Below, piece by piece: positions 36,740-50,473 of a stretch of 64,000 nt of DNA. The notes beneath the pieces are model-generated. The model had not been told where the DNA came from, ran no database searches, and saw only the letters and a list, made by a program, of their open reading frames with translations. Location: contig CM097888.1 in assembly GCA_044892525.1 (NCBI GenBank), forward strand, positions 17,422,001-17,486,000, given 5' to 3'. The position numbers and the translations under genes were made by a program. Source of the DNA: Schmidtea polychroa (Eukaryota). The first letter of the stretch is position 1. Every line of letters begins with the position of its first letter.

Positions 36740-37716
36740 AAATAATCCTGTTTATGTTCTCTTTTTTAGGCTATCATAAAAATTAACACATTTGGAGAAA
36801 AGACCAATAAAGATAATTTAATGTTTACATAAAATATTTCAAAATCTGTGATTCCAAATAATAAACTATTTATTACTAAATTTAGACTATAGATTGTTTA
36901 GTGCACAAATGTTGAAATTATTGCTACAACTTTCCTCTAAAACTGGTCGGAATGGATAGATATTACGGTTACACCTACTACCTTTTTCAATATTTTGGAC
37001 TAATATATTTTGATTTCTTGAAGTATTGTTCATTCACCTTCAATATTTTGATTGTTTCTTAATCTTGTACATTCGACAAAATAATTGAATAATCATCTTG
37101 AGTTTACATGCTAGATGTAAATGGTTCCAATCACCATTAACTTATGTCCATTTGTTTTGCATCAATTGTAAGTATTCAACTGGGTAAACTGTCGCATTTC
37201 TTCAGTTAGGTAGACAACCATAGCAATGTTAAACTTTCCTAAAAGTCAAGAAATCAAATAAAGTGTTATGAAATTATGAAGTTGAAACTAATTAATATTT
37301 AGAACTTATTTAAAATTTTATTAAAATACTAGTTAAAGTTTTCTTAAGCATCTATTCTTCTCTATGATTTATTTAAACATTAAAATATAATTAAATTATT
37401 GAAATGTAATATTTTTGTAGACAAAATAAATTTGGCCTTTTGGTCTATTATAAAATTTTAGTGCAAAATTTAAAATATGAAATTATAAAAATTGATATAT
37501 TTACAATTTAAATTTTGTAATTTTAAACATCAAAAGATTTTAAAATATTTTCAAAAGAAAATCAATAATTGAAATATTATTAATTATATAATTATATGCA
37601 TAATGAAAATTTAAATAAATATTTATTTGAAATGTATTTTTCAAAATTTATAAAATATTTATTTAAATGCGACAAATGTTAATCAATAAAATCAATAATT
37701 TTACTTATCGGCGAAA

Positions 37717-37974
37717 NNNNNNNNNNNNNNNNNNNNNNNNNNNNNNNNNNNNNNNNNNNNNNNNNNNNNNNNNNNNNNNNNNNNNNNNNNNNNNNNNNNN
37801 NNNNNNNNNNNNNNNNNNNNNNNNNNNNNNNNNNNNNNNNNNNNNNNNNNNNNNNNNNNNNNNNNNNNNNNNNNNNNNNNNNNNNNNNNNNNNNNNNNNN
37901 NNNNNNNNNNNNNNNNNNNNNNNNNNNNNNNNNNNNNNNNNNNNNNNNNNNNNNNNNNNNNNNNNNNNNNNNNN
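37717..37974. other. Assembly gap (N run)
   Basis: Run of n. Confidence 0.99.
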
Positions 37975-39404
37975 ATTCCCAAATTTTTCATAGTAGTTCA
38001 AATTATTAAGGATAAAATTATTTATAATTAAAAATATTTTTATTAATTGGGATTTTATATATCTGAACAATGAAAATTGTTTTCAACTTTTTATTAATTG
38101 ATTCCAATCTTTTTTGTAAATGCACTGTAATATTACGGATTATTCTCTAATATTTGTTATTATTGAAATCTTTAAAATGACTTAAAATAAAATCATAATT
38201 TCTCATGATATTTTTGATAAAATATTTTCCCCAAATTTTCATAATAAATCTAACTTTAATTCATTAAAGCATAATTAATTTTATTTTTCACAAATAATCA
38301 TTTTAATATTTTTATTTTAATAATATTTATTATTTGATTTTTCTGGTTTTGTTAAAGTTTTAACTAATTGTAATTTGTAAAATAGAATTGCAAAAATTTT
38401 TTCTCAATCATCAAAATGAAAATTAGGAACCTGTAGTAGCAATTTAATTCTAGGCTAGTCATTCTTTTCATTAAATAAAATGTAAATGAAAGGAAATGAG
38501 TTTATGAATTAAAGACAGCAATTTGAAATTCATTGTAAAAAAATGTAAATTATATTTTTATAAAGCAAAATTATCATTAAATCTTTCATTTAGACATTAA
38601 TGATTGTTAGCATTGAATGAATTTCTTCGTAAATCTGATTCTAAAAAATTTAATTCGGTTGTCGAAATTATTAAAAAAATTTTCAAAAATATTTTTTAAT
38701 AAATGTTAATTTTTGGGACTCACTAAAATCTGTAGCAAAATGATATCATTAATTGAAATCTCTTTGCTAGTCTTCTCAGTCTAGAAGATTCAATGAAACT
38801 GTAAAATAATACTAGAATATAGAATAGAATTATATAGAACATAATTATAAAATTATTCTTGTAAATCAAATTGTATAACCTTATATTAAATATAATTTTT
38901 CAAAACTGCTCTTATTTTTACCATTAATAATAGATTAGAATGATGTTATTTCTATAAAAAAATACATTTATTAATAAATGAAAATTAGTGCATAGTGTAA
39001 GTTTTTCACTAAAATATTTACAGATTTTAAAATTTCAAATTGAATTAAATTTACTTATTATTATGTTTTTCAATATTAATATATTTAATTATATTCATTC
39101 AGTACCAATTATTATATAATTGAATGAGACAAAAACGTCTTTTAATTATATTAAAGAAAAATCATTTTTTTATGGAAAGTGAAATATCAAATATTATTTT
39201 GTAAGTTTTCTGAAATTATTAATAAATAAATTTTTAATTTAGTTTCGATTAGCAGTTTTTGAAAGCAATAGTGAAAAAATTGGTATCGTTTTTGTTATAT
39301 TATTGTATTTTTTTACCTAGCTTTATTACTTTTATTATTTTATCTTATTTTGTTTTTGGTAGAATAGCCATTAATAATAATATAAAAAAATCAATTATCC
39401 ATAA

Positions 39405-39621
39405 CAGTGGTCTTCAAACTGTGTTCCGCGGAACCCTAGGGCCCATGAAATCCCTCAAGGGTTCCAAAATAAAATCAATAATTTAAAGGAAATTTTTCAT
39501 TTCTCATAAAAAAACAAATAAACATTTCAAGAATTTCATAAAAAAACTTAAATAAAATATATATTGTAACGCATCATTTTACATAAGGGTTCCGCAAGCT
39601 TTTGAAGTTTGAAGACCACTG
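39405..39621. mobile_element. hAT (Charlie-like) MITE, 217 bp
   Basis: Perfect 16-bp TIR cagtggtcttcaaact; degenerate TSD atccataa / atctatag. Confidence 0.88.
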
Positions 39622-40454
39622 ATCTATAGTAAGTAAATTAACGACTTAGTATAGAGATTCAAAAATAGAAAAATGGATCAGTAAAATGAATTTGGAATTT
39701 TTTAAAAACATAAAAATATTTTTTTGTTATCAGATTAATAAATTTTAGTATTATTTTGTTATAGTAAAGTTTTATCTTTTTATATCGCATAGATAACATT
39801 GACACCAGCTATTTTGACACAGTTTGTAAAGGCCGGGCGGTTTAATTTCTCTTTAACAAAATATTTCACGCACTAACATAACATAATTGGTGTCAGAATG
39901 CACACTCGCGATTTTATTTTTCATTTACTATCGATTTAAGAATACCTAGTATAGAGTTATAAAGAATGGTGACTCCTTTGACCGAATACAGTACGCCATA
40001 TCTTTCAAATAACCTCATATTTTTAAATAAAATAAAACTCAATTTTAAAAACAATAAAAACATTCTTAACAAACTAAAGAAATGCATTTACATTTGAACC
40101 ACCCGATGTACAAAATAATGAACAATATTACCATCACCGGTTAAGTCTGATTACTCGTCTCTGTGTGCGCAAACGTCTTGCCTGAGTGCAGACGCAAGAA
40201 TTTGAGCTTGGTTTTTTATTTGGAATTGATTATTTTGGATCCATCGTTTTTGGAAGTTTTTGAATTTTGTTGAATTTTGTTTGAAAACATCGAATTTTGA
40301 AATTTTTTAAATAAAAGTTTCGATTAGTGTATTTCATATCTTTTACATTCAAATATTTTGTTACAAAGAGGATAAAAAATAATGTCGCTTTAGTTATTGA
40401 TAATAGATACGAATTCGTTAGTGTTAACAATTGATGAGAAGCTCATACTATGAA

Positions 40455-40966
40455 ACATTCCGGAGATGGTGTACCACATACTATTCCAATTTATGAAGGA
40501 CATACTATATTTCATATTTTTGGTAGAACCTATTTACCTGGAAGTGACTAAACTGATTATCAGATGAAAATTATGATAGATAGAGGATACAGTTTTACAA
40601 TTACTGTTTGAAGAGAAATTGTTCAAGATATTAAAGAAAGGTTTTATTACATTACTCTTGATTTTGAACAAGAAATGCAAACTGCTGTTTTTTCATCGTT
40701 ACTTGAAAAGAGTTATGAATTACCAGATGATCCAGCTATTACCATTGGATATGAAAGATTCAGATGTTCAGAAGCTTTGTTCCTGCAATCATTCTTGGGA
40801 ATGAAAACGGCTAGTATTCATGATGCGACTTATAACAGCATGATGAAATGTCATGTAGATGTTCGTAATGATTTATATAGCAATACAATCTTATCAAGTG
40901 GTTCAAGCTGATCGTATGCAAAAATAAATATCACCTTTTTTTCCATCAGAAACAATGAGAATTAAA
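40455..40966 (+). pseudogene. Act: Actin pseudogene fragment (intronless, about residues 155-328)
   Basis: [69 protein letters not shown]; in-frame stops and a deletion. Confidence 0.93.
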
Positions 40967-41456
40967 CATAGTAACAGAGCTTGGTTACCTTATGAGGGCC
41001 ACGCATCCGTAAAACTGGTGATGACCCAGGTGAGAGGTTATTCAATATGATCCAGTCTCAACATAGAAAGTTCGATATTTCTATTTACTTTTCAAAACAT
41101 TTTATTTGAATTTTATTGTTTCGTTGAGGATTATTGTTTCAGTTATAAACATCCTCCCCGCTATGAATTTTAAAGTTATTCCATCTGGAGGAAAGATTTA
41201 AGGATTTATGCACGTCTTTAACTTCGTTGATAAGTTTGAAAGAAAGGGGTCCTGCGACATATGATCTTAACGGTGGCTGTGATATTGACATAGTTATTGG
41301 GCAGTTTGACATTATTGTACAGATAATTACTCAAAGGAAAACTATTTTGGATGTTGGAAAGGACTTCACATACCTCAACGTAAGGGGAGAGGGTATTCGA
41401 TACATAGTTCTCAGATTGATTTGAAAAATTGTTATTATGGGCCTCATCATTCTTTT

Positions 41457-41675
41457 CAAGAATTCATTAGAACTATCTTAGGGGTAACCATAACTCTAAA
41501 AGTGATACTACTGAAAATGTAAGCCAAAATCGGAAATAAAAAAGGGATTCCTCTCAATCTTCAACGATTGATGTATGCGGGAAAACAATTAAAAGCTTGG
41601 AAATATATTTTGGAATATGATATTGAAGATGTATCAAACATCCACATGATCTTGAGACTGCAGGAGAAACGATAA
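41457..41675 (+). pseudogene. Divergent ubiquitin-like pseudogene
   Basis: QEFIRTILGVTITLKV / SDTTENV.AKIGNKKGIPLNLQRLMYAGKQL...YDIEDVSNIHMILRLQ aligns to ubiquitin; frameshifts; no C-terminal GG. Confidence 0.8.
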
Positions 41676-41949
41676 CGAAGAAAAACTAGAAAAAGATTTG
41701 AGAAGAAAGAGGAGTGTTAAATAGATGGATGAATTCACAGGCAGTGAATGCATCATAGTTGCTTGAACAATAGCAGGAGAAAATGAATGATGCAGTCGAA
41801 AGTTTTGAAGAGGTCTTGAGAATCAGCAATCGATAAGGGAAACTAGATATCATAATTATCTTGCATGCTGATTAAATTGAAATTGAAAATGAAATAATAA
41901 TAAAACGGTGAAAGGTTTGATTTCTCCAAAAGCTAATCAATCAAATTAA

Positions 41950-42900
41950 TTGAAAGATAACAGCAGCAATAAGAAAATAAAGGGTAATGTAAGAAACAAA
42001 TGATTAGAAAAATGCAGAAGAGAAGAATTCAGCTGCTCGATGGAAGACCAAGAGAAAATGAAACATGGAAAGCTGTCTTTAGTACGTGTGCGGATAATGC
42101 GCATGGTAATGACGATGAAAAAATGTTACACCTTCGGTCATATCTGATAGGTTGAGAAAATAAGTATTTCTTAAGAGGGTTATCAAATGACCAAGGAAAA
42201 ACTTTATAAAATATATGGCGGAGAAGAGCAAAATTATATAACTGCTATTAAGGACATAGACAGGTTCCATCCAGAACAAGAAAATGAGATAGGAGAATTA
42301 AAAGAATTTATAGGAATTTTAGAGACGTTGGAAGTAAGAATGGTAATAATGAAACGAGATGATGAAACAATAAACGGTTTTTTGTTGAAAAGATGCTTAC
42401 AAAAACTATCAACCTCACTATTATGTATATGGATAAACGATATTAAAGATGGAAAGGTAGCTGAGTATATTCTGGACCTCAGAAATTGGTAGCAAGACGA
42501 AATAGAAATTTTAAGAATAATCAAAGAAACGCTATTCAGAATTACCTAAGTTCATAAAAGAAACAAGTGGAAGAGACATGATGCCCCATAATGAGGATTT
42601 GGTAATCCAAGGCAAAGGGTTCAAACACATCTGACTCAAATGGAAGAAGATGAACATAGAGAAAGAAGGCGTCAACGGGATTTTAAGGTCAAAATTAGAA
42701 TGTTTAAAATGTAAGAAGGACCATTACTTAGACCAATGCAAAATGTTCAGATATTGGCCATTAGAACAAAAATTGGAGTTTGTGCGTGACAGAAAAACAT
42801 GCTTTTGTTTCAAGCCTGGCCATATAGTAAAGGGATTTTCTAAACCATCTGTCTTTAGAGTCACGGACTGTCAGCGAAACATAGTAGTTGAAATGTCAGA
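41950..42900 (+). pseudogene. BEL/Pao LTR retrotransposon gag remnant
   Basis: LLDGRPRENETWKAVFSTCADN..EKMLHLRSYLIG, IYGGEEQ..IKDIDRFHP, and BEL-type knuckle CLKCKKDHYLDQCKMF..R..TCF.CFKPGH. Confidence 0.78.
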
Positions 42901-43824
42901 AATAGAAATATGACAAAACCCAAAACATGTCAATTTTTTAAAATAATTCAGCGAAAAAAGGTGGTGGAACGCCGTTCCGCCAGAAAGAAAGAACTGTAAA
43001 TTTCTAAATATGATTTATTATATATAAATAAATGATTTGTAATTTTCTAAATAATGTTTCCAAATATTTGCAAACATACAATTTAAACAACAATAACAAC
43101 AATTATAATATCAAATGAAACAAAACGTCAATTTATCATAGTATAACCTAAATGAATTATATCTTATATATATATTGGAATAAATTACAGTTTCCATAGC
43201 ATTGAAAGGTTCAATGTGGGAAAATCTGAAATTTCAAAAATTTCATTGTTTATAACAAATTTCATAAAAACGTTTGATAAAATAATCCTTAAAATTATTA
43301 TTTACTTTATTATAATTATAATGGTAAGTGTCAATGAAATTTTTTTAATTCTTTGGTGAAAATAAATTATATAAATTAAATAATTATTTATTATAAATTA
43401 TTATTAACACTGCAAATAGACTATGTACGTTTAATATTAACATATTGACAGCCAGTTTTTATAGAATAACTGTTATTCAAACAACTTGGAATATATTGGA
43501 ATATTGGAACCATTCAACAGAATAATTAAAATAACATTTTAGCTCCTCCTAAAAGCTTGTGAAAAAGTACGGCATCTTTTCGCTTTTTTGAGAAAATATA
43601 GCAGTTTACACTCGAGTTCAAAATAAAAATGTCATGTTGAGAATAATCTTGTAAAATTATTAATGTAAATATAACTATATAGAAATAATTATTCACAATG
43701 TAAATTACTTTGAAATTAAAAATATTTATTTTAAATTTAAGTAAAAATATTAAAAGTTTTATTAAATAAATATCAACTGAAAAAAGATGAGATTTTATTT
43801 TATTATGCACAACTTTATTTTGGT

Positions 43825-44019
43825 CTTGAGGGCGAAATTCGACTCTAGTTCACTAAATGCCAAAAACTTCTAGTTTGCACCAATATATTCTACAGCTTGT
43901 AATAGTTGTCAAATTAGCCATATTTTTAATTATACGTCAATTTAGGAAAAATTCATTTTTTATGGCAAAATTGCACCTTTGGGGGAATAAAAAATTTTGA
44001 GCCCGTCGCCCTCGAAGGG
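43825..44019. mobile_element. piggyBac-like MITE remnant
   Basis: Right end tcgccctcgaaggg|TTAA; degenerate left copy ttgagggcga. Confidence 0.45.
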
Positions 44020-44299
44020 TTAATTTAATACAAGCAAATTATGCAACAAATATTTGAAATATAATTAACCTGAAACACTTTCTTTACCATAATTTTTACA
44101 GTTTTGAAATTGTCAAAAACTTTGATCTAATTTTATTTATCTTCACATAGGGTACTGTCGAACTATAAGTTGTGGTGTATTATGCCGTAGGAAAATTATG
44201 CAAATGCCTAAAGCACCATTAATATTTTTCCCTTAAAATTTCAAAACCGTTAATATATTTCGCTATTTGAGGAATTCATGAGCCATCAAAATCTATTTA

Positions 44300-44870
44300 A
44301 CTTGAATGATTTATGCATAAAGAATACCAAATCAAATGAAGTCGATTATAATGTAATAATAGACGAGTTCGCTGAAACTAAAGCAAGGAAAGTACCGCTT
44401 TAGGTTTTTTTAATTTTCATACGTTTTATCTTTTTTTTGTTATTATTGTCAGGACAGTTATTTTTATTGTATAAAGCAATAATTGCCAAATGGGTTCCCA
44501 CCGAACCTAAGAGATCTGTGAGAAAACTCAATTGTTCCGCGGGATAATGAGCTCTGACACTAGATATTGCCAATTTTAAAATTTCTCCAACATATTTTTC
44601 AATGTAATTCAAAATTTTAGTCCATTCGTTAAGTTTCGTCAAATAAATCGTGTTTATGTGGATTAGGATTCTCAGCATCAACCGAAATTAAATCTAAGAA
44701 GCGCGAACAATTACTGTGGTTGACCAATAAATGACAGTTTGCTTGTTGTCAAAGTTTAACTGTGAAAATCAGTGTCATTCCACTCACTAATAGTTTTAAA
44801 ATAAATTTGGTTCCACCAAGAAAAATGACATTTTGGGATTCCGCGAACTGATATAGTTTAGAAAACACTG
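44300..44870 (+). mobile_element. hAT debris: transposase C-terminal tail and a partial Charlie-like MITE
   Basis: VDYNVIIDEFAETKARKVPL* ending at 44402; gggttcc/gggattccgcg subterminal motifs and right end tttagaaaacactg at 44870. Confidence 0.55.
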
Positions 44871-45798
44871 ATATAAAGGGATGATTGAATTGATATCAGC
44901 ATTAATTCAATGTAAAACAATTAAAAGAAAATAAAAGCCTTTCGCAGCAATAGGTTGTGTTGCGTCATACGAGCGTGTTTGGTTTTCGAAAACACTGATT
45001 TGAACGCATGCAATAAGATTCACGTGAAGGACTTGGGATTTTGAAGTAAAGGGCGCCGTACTCACCCGGAAAAACCTAGTGCATGTATATATTATAAGAA
45101 CTTTTTTTTCCAATTTAACAACAAATTATTTTTTCCATTGAATTTATTAAAAAGAGAGCTTGAAGACTATAAATCAGTAATATATCGATGTTTTTGAAAT
45201 TCACGAATTTTTGGCAAATTTTCGAGAAATATAATCTATGAATAATAAAATTATTTGAGTTCTTTTCTTCTGTCTTCTCTTTCCCTAATGATTGTACAGT
45301 GTTTCTGATATATCAAATAAGTATTTTTAAAAACTAAATAAAATGTACTGATCTGTTATTAAATTAATTTAAATTTGAAATTTTTAAAATATATGAAAAA
45401 TTTCTATTAAAATCATATAATTGGCTAACCAGGTGATTAACTGTATAAATTTTGGATCATGTTCATATTTTCCCCCTTTATTTTATTATTATAAAAATAA
45501 ATAAAATAGAAATATTAAAATAAAAACAACTAACAAATTTACTTAAAAATAAATTTTAACTAAATCAACTAGGGCTTGAAAGTTATTTATAATAAATAAA
45601 CATTCCTTTCTTATTGTTAACTCTGTATTTTAGTTTTGCCCAATTTGATTCATTATTTATTTATTATTTATTTATTTATTTACAGTGCTTCTGATTGTTC
45701 CTTTATTAATAACCGTTGAGTTCGGCTTTCCTCAATTAGATTGTCCCATTAATTTTCGCTATGGAACAGCTTCCTTTGGACTTTTTCAAATTTTAGAT

Positions 45799-46011
45799 NN
45801 NNNNNNNNNNNNNNNNNNNNNNNNNNNNNNNNNNNNNNNNNNNNNNNNNNNNNNNNNNNNNNNNNNNNNNNNNNNNNNNNNNNNNNNNNNNNNNNNNNNN
45901 NNNNNNNNNNNNNNNNNNNNNNNNNNNNNNNNNNNNNNNNNNNNNNNNNNNNNNNNNNNNNNNNNNNNNNNNNNNNNNNNNNNNNNNNNNNNNNNNNNNN
46001 NNNNNNNNNNN
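45799..46011. other. Assembly gap (N run)
   Basis: Run of n. Confidence 0.99.
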
Positions 46012-46685
46012 CTAAGTTTTTTTTTTACTTATTTTTTGATTTCTTTTTGATTTTTGGTTTTGACGTTTGGTATGAGGTTCAAATCCAAGTATGGGCGACT
46101 TTTTAATTTGGACAAAAGATAATTTTTAACAGTTATTTTTAATACTTTAATTGCTATAAATGGAAATTTTCATAAAAATCGGTTAATGATTTTTACTTAA
46201 AGGTTCATAGTATTTTCTCATCTACTGATATAAAATGCAGTAAACAAGCATTTAATAATAATTGATATTATTATTCAGACCATTTGAGGATTTATTTTAT
46301 TATTATCATTATTTTCATTAATTATTTTTTGTTGTAACCTTCAAATAACTATAGAAAATTTTCATCTATTGACCATTTTTAATATATGGTATGCAAACGA
46401 TATGAAAGTAATATAACAAGGGAAATGATCCATTTATAATACATAGAAATGATATTAGTAGTACCTAGTATTTTACTAGCTAGTAAATTACTAATATATG
46501 ATTCTTGTTGTTTAAATTTGTGATTTCTGGAAATTAGAATTTGTGAAGAATTTAAAAAAAAATATAGAATTTAGTTAAAATATTTGTTGTTTTTGAATTT
46601 CCTTGTGGAATTGAGTGTATTTTACTAATCAAATATGTAAAATAATTTACTAGAAAATATTTTCCTACTCTGAATAACTTTGGTA

Positions 46686-47191
46686 ATGATAGTTAACAAA
46701 ATTGAAGATTTCCATCAATTTTCCTTTTCAAATCAATTTATTAAATTTACTAATTGCTCCCTCTGTTTGAACTCCGAAATTATTGTGGATGATTTATGGA
46801 TCAAAGATTTTTTCAAGATTCAGAGCAGTTTTATGTCGACAAATGTGCTCCTGATGTAATTATAGATTGTCAGAGTGCAATTTTATTTCCAGGATTCATC
46901 GATATTCAAATTAATGGTGGATACGGATATGACTTTTCCGATTTATCACAAGAGCTTCAAACTAATTTAAGATTAGTTAGTAAGAACCTCGCTAAATTTG
47001 GCGTGACAGGTTTCTGTCCAACACTTGTTGTGTCAAAAAATGAAGTTTATCATGAAATATTGTCGAAGACCTATAAAATACCAAGTGAGAGCTCACAGAA
47101 TCTAGGATTTCACATAGAAGGTCCGTTTCTATCGGTTTTAGAGAGTGGAATGCATAATCAAAATTTATTAAAAGAATTTGGTCCCAATCAG
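46686..47191 (+). CDS. AMDHD2: N-acetylglucosamine-6-phosphate deacetylase, first exon; apparent 1-nt frameshift near 46808-46813
   Basis: IKFTNC..DDLWIKD in one frame, then PGFIDIQINGGYGYDFS, GVTGFCPTLV and GFHIEGPFLS in the next; probable donor CAG|GTTGAG at 47192; later exons not recognised in the window. Confidence 0.85.
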
Positions 47192-48619
47192 GTTGAGACT
47201 AAACACGAAAATTCAAATTATTTTTTCTATTAATTTATACTACAATATTCTAATTAATTTCAAATTATTATAAATAAATATTCAGTATAATTTAACTAGA
47301 AATTTGTTCGCAAAATCTAAATTGATTTATTTTAAGTTTAGTTAATTTAGGTTTATTTTTATTCAATTAAATATATTTAAGAAACATAGCTCGTAACCTG
47401 TGGCTATAGATAAACACTTTATGTATTTATAAATTCTATTTTAATTTAATTTAATAAAATTATTTAACTTAATTTTAATTAGTTTAGCAAAACAATTTAA
47501 CTAAATTAATATTTATTTAATACATATATAATAATATCTAATATGTTATATTTAATATATAATACATAGATCATTTGAATAACTAAATTTACTTGATTTT
47601 ATGATTTCATGTAATGATTAAAAGATCAAAATATATTAATTATTGACAATTTTTAAATGTTTACATTCTATACAAACAAAAACCTGTATACCATTTATTG
47701 TTTTAATTTTTAATTGAATTATTTTTAATTTGTCAGTTATCCCAAAAACAAAAAAAGTAATTTATTGTAAAATGTTTTTAGTGAAATATCTCCATTCAAA
47801 TTTTGTATTTGTTGACAATAAAATATCTTTTATTTTAATTTTTACATTTTAGTAACAAAATAAATAATAAAAAATATCAAATTAGACAAACACAGAATGG
47901 TAAATAATGGCATTAAAATTCAATATAAATAAATAAATTTTAATATTTTTTATCTTATAATATTTTATTTAGGTGTGCAATCTTATTTTCGTGTGAATAA
48001 TTTTCATTTCCTTTGTCAAAGAAACGAATTTCATATATTTCTAAATTAGTTGACTTGTATATTGGTTAGGGTTTATTCGTTTCATTCAGTCTACATTACA
48101 TTTTAATTTTTATATTTCAATGAATATCTGATAAAATCAATAATTCTGTGAAAATGCTAGAAATAAATACAAGCAAACTTTAATTCTTATTTTTTACATT
48201 TCTTTATATAAAATTCGTATTTTTAATAATTATTTCGTCTAGGTTTTAATTAGTCATTCTTAACAGCAGTTCATAAATATAAAAAAAATATATACAAAAA
48301 AACTTTACTTTCGTCAGATTCTGAATCGTAATTTTAAATTTAATTAGTAAAATCTTTTTACAGAAATAATTTGTTTTACTGACTATTTTTCAAAAAAAAT
48401 CTTTTATATTTGTTAGAGATAAATTTCTCATGAATGTCTTCAATGAATTTGAAAATTTTTATTTTTGTCAATATTTTTAATTATAAATTTCATTTCTTGT
48501 ATAAATATGTAAATATATATAAATATATATGTTATCAGTTTACAAAATTATCTATTCAAATTTCATTAAAATTACCAATTAAAATATAAAATTTTAAAAA
48601 TTTGTTGATACATTTTTTT

Positions 48620-48725
48620 TATTTTTATGTATTTTTATATATTTTATATATTTATATATTTATATATTTATATATTTTTATATATTTATATATTTTATAT
48701 ATTTTTATTTTTTATACATTTTTAT
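48620..48725. repeat. Low-complexity (T)nATATA tandem tract
   Basis: Repeats of ttttatata / tttatatat. Confidence 0.8.
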
Positions 48726-49033
48726 GTTTTGAATACATTTAGTTATGTTTTTATTTAAATTTAAATTTATATTTTGATCTCATTTTATTTAGCATCATGA
48801 AAACGTGCAGTCGAACACAAACTTAAGAATATTTGCATATATATATAAAAAAACGAATTTTCATGTTATTTTTTAGGATAAAAATTTTTTATTTTTGTAG
48901 AATTAAAAGTTCATTTGGTCTTCTACGTTTCTAACTTGAAAAAATGAATATAGCTGTCTTACTTTTACCCATAATTTGAAGACTATATAACCGGACATAC
49001 AGAAACACATACTGTCATTTTTATATATTAGAA

Positions 49034-49456
49034 AATTGGTTCCCAACCTTTTCATAGTACCGTACCTGTAAGTTGTATACAATTTGATGGCGTACCGGTA
49101 AACCTAATTTTTTAATGAGGTATAAAATGCAATGGAGATTTGTAATAAAGACAAATAACTTGGGATATATTTACTGCTAAACATATAAATAAAATATAAT
49201 TATGACTTAAAAAATAGTTAGTGAGAAGGTTGGGCCTGTTCATTATTAACTAAAGAAACATCATTTTCAGATTAGGTAAATCCCAATAAAGTATTACAAC
49301 ACCAACAATAGATAATAAATTGTAAAATATTAAATGTATGGGTTATTGTGATCATGTTTTTTTCGCAAAACAGATTTTTAATAGATTTTTGTTTTATATA
49401 TAGTAAAGTAATTCGCGTACCGATACTAGTAGGGTACCCAAGGTTGGGAATCCCTG
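49034..49456. mobile_element. hAT (Charlie-like) MITE, 423 bp
   Basis: ..ggttcccaacc / ggttgggaatccctg; TSD tattagaa on both sides. Confidence 0.85.
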
Positions 49457-50473
49457 TATTAGAAAATACATTCTTCAATGTAGATTGTTTAGATTTTGGT
49501 TATTTTTGATTATTTTGATTATTTTATAGCTTTTTGTTTTATTATTAAGTATATATTTTCAATATTAATATCAAAAATTATACATTTTTTTTCGTACTTA
49601 CTTCAAGCGTTCTCATGGGAATATTTTCTTACAGATAACAATAATAGATATAATTATGCGTTCTAAATATATGTACAACATCAGACCTAATATTTAAATC
49701 AAATATCATCATTAATGAATATAAAATTCGAAAATGTACTTATACATTTTAGTCAAATATTAAGGGATAAATTGACGTAACAAATATTCTAAAAGAAACA
49801 AAATGAGTTAAGAAATTATGTTCAATTATTCTCTAAGGCATTAGTTTTAGGTGAATGCAATTCTTGTATCAATAACTTTCCATTTACGGCTGGGACAAAA
49901 TGCATTTCAAGAATTAAATTTATTTAGATCTAATCATTAAAATAATACAATATAAAAACATTGAAATAAACCATTTCTAAGTCTCGAATAAATAAAAATA
50001 GATAGATAAATAAAATAATATTGTTTTACCATGTAACAAAGTCCACAGAATTATATTTTTTACAAAAATGTCGATTTATTTGCGAAAAAACTTCAATTCA
50101 ATCAATCTTAATAATAAATATTTAATGAATTTTGAATATTGTTTTGTTTAACTAAATTGGAAAATAAAAAAAATCGAAGTTAAAAAATCAAAATATGCAC
50201 TTCTTGTGATTTGCAATTGTGATGTCATGTTTAAACTTGTTTAAACTTGTATCAGAAAATAATGAAGACGCCATTTAAAAATTCTTGTCCTTCAAGGAAT
50301 ATCTTTTATTTTTGATGAAACAAACAAAAACAGATTAACAGAAATTTGAGATTTATAATTAATTATTTAAGAAAATTATTTAAGAAATTAATTAATTATT
50401 TAAGAAAAAATCAAGTGCATGTTTTATTTTTTTGCTTACTGTATATATTTATAAAATTACTAATAAACAAATA

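Noticed and set aside
45020-45082. Helitron 3' end (GC-rich stretch plus CTAG-T)
   Set aside because: Hairpin weak and no 5' TC end or Rep/Hel remnant found
45670-45798. Possible host exon (LLIVPLLITVEFGFPQLDCP..) after a ttttacag acceptor
   Set aside because: No recognisable family; the opposite strand reads equally well as a LINE RT tail (FEKVQRKL); truncated by the gap
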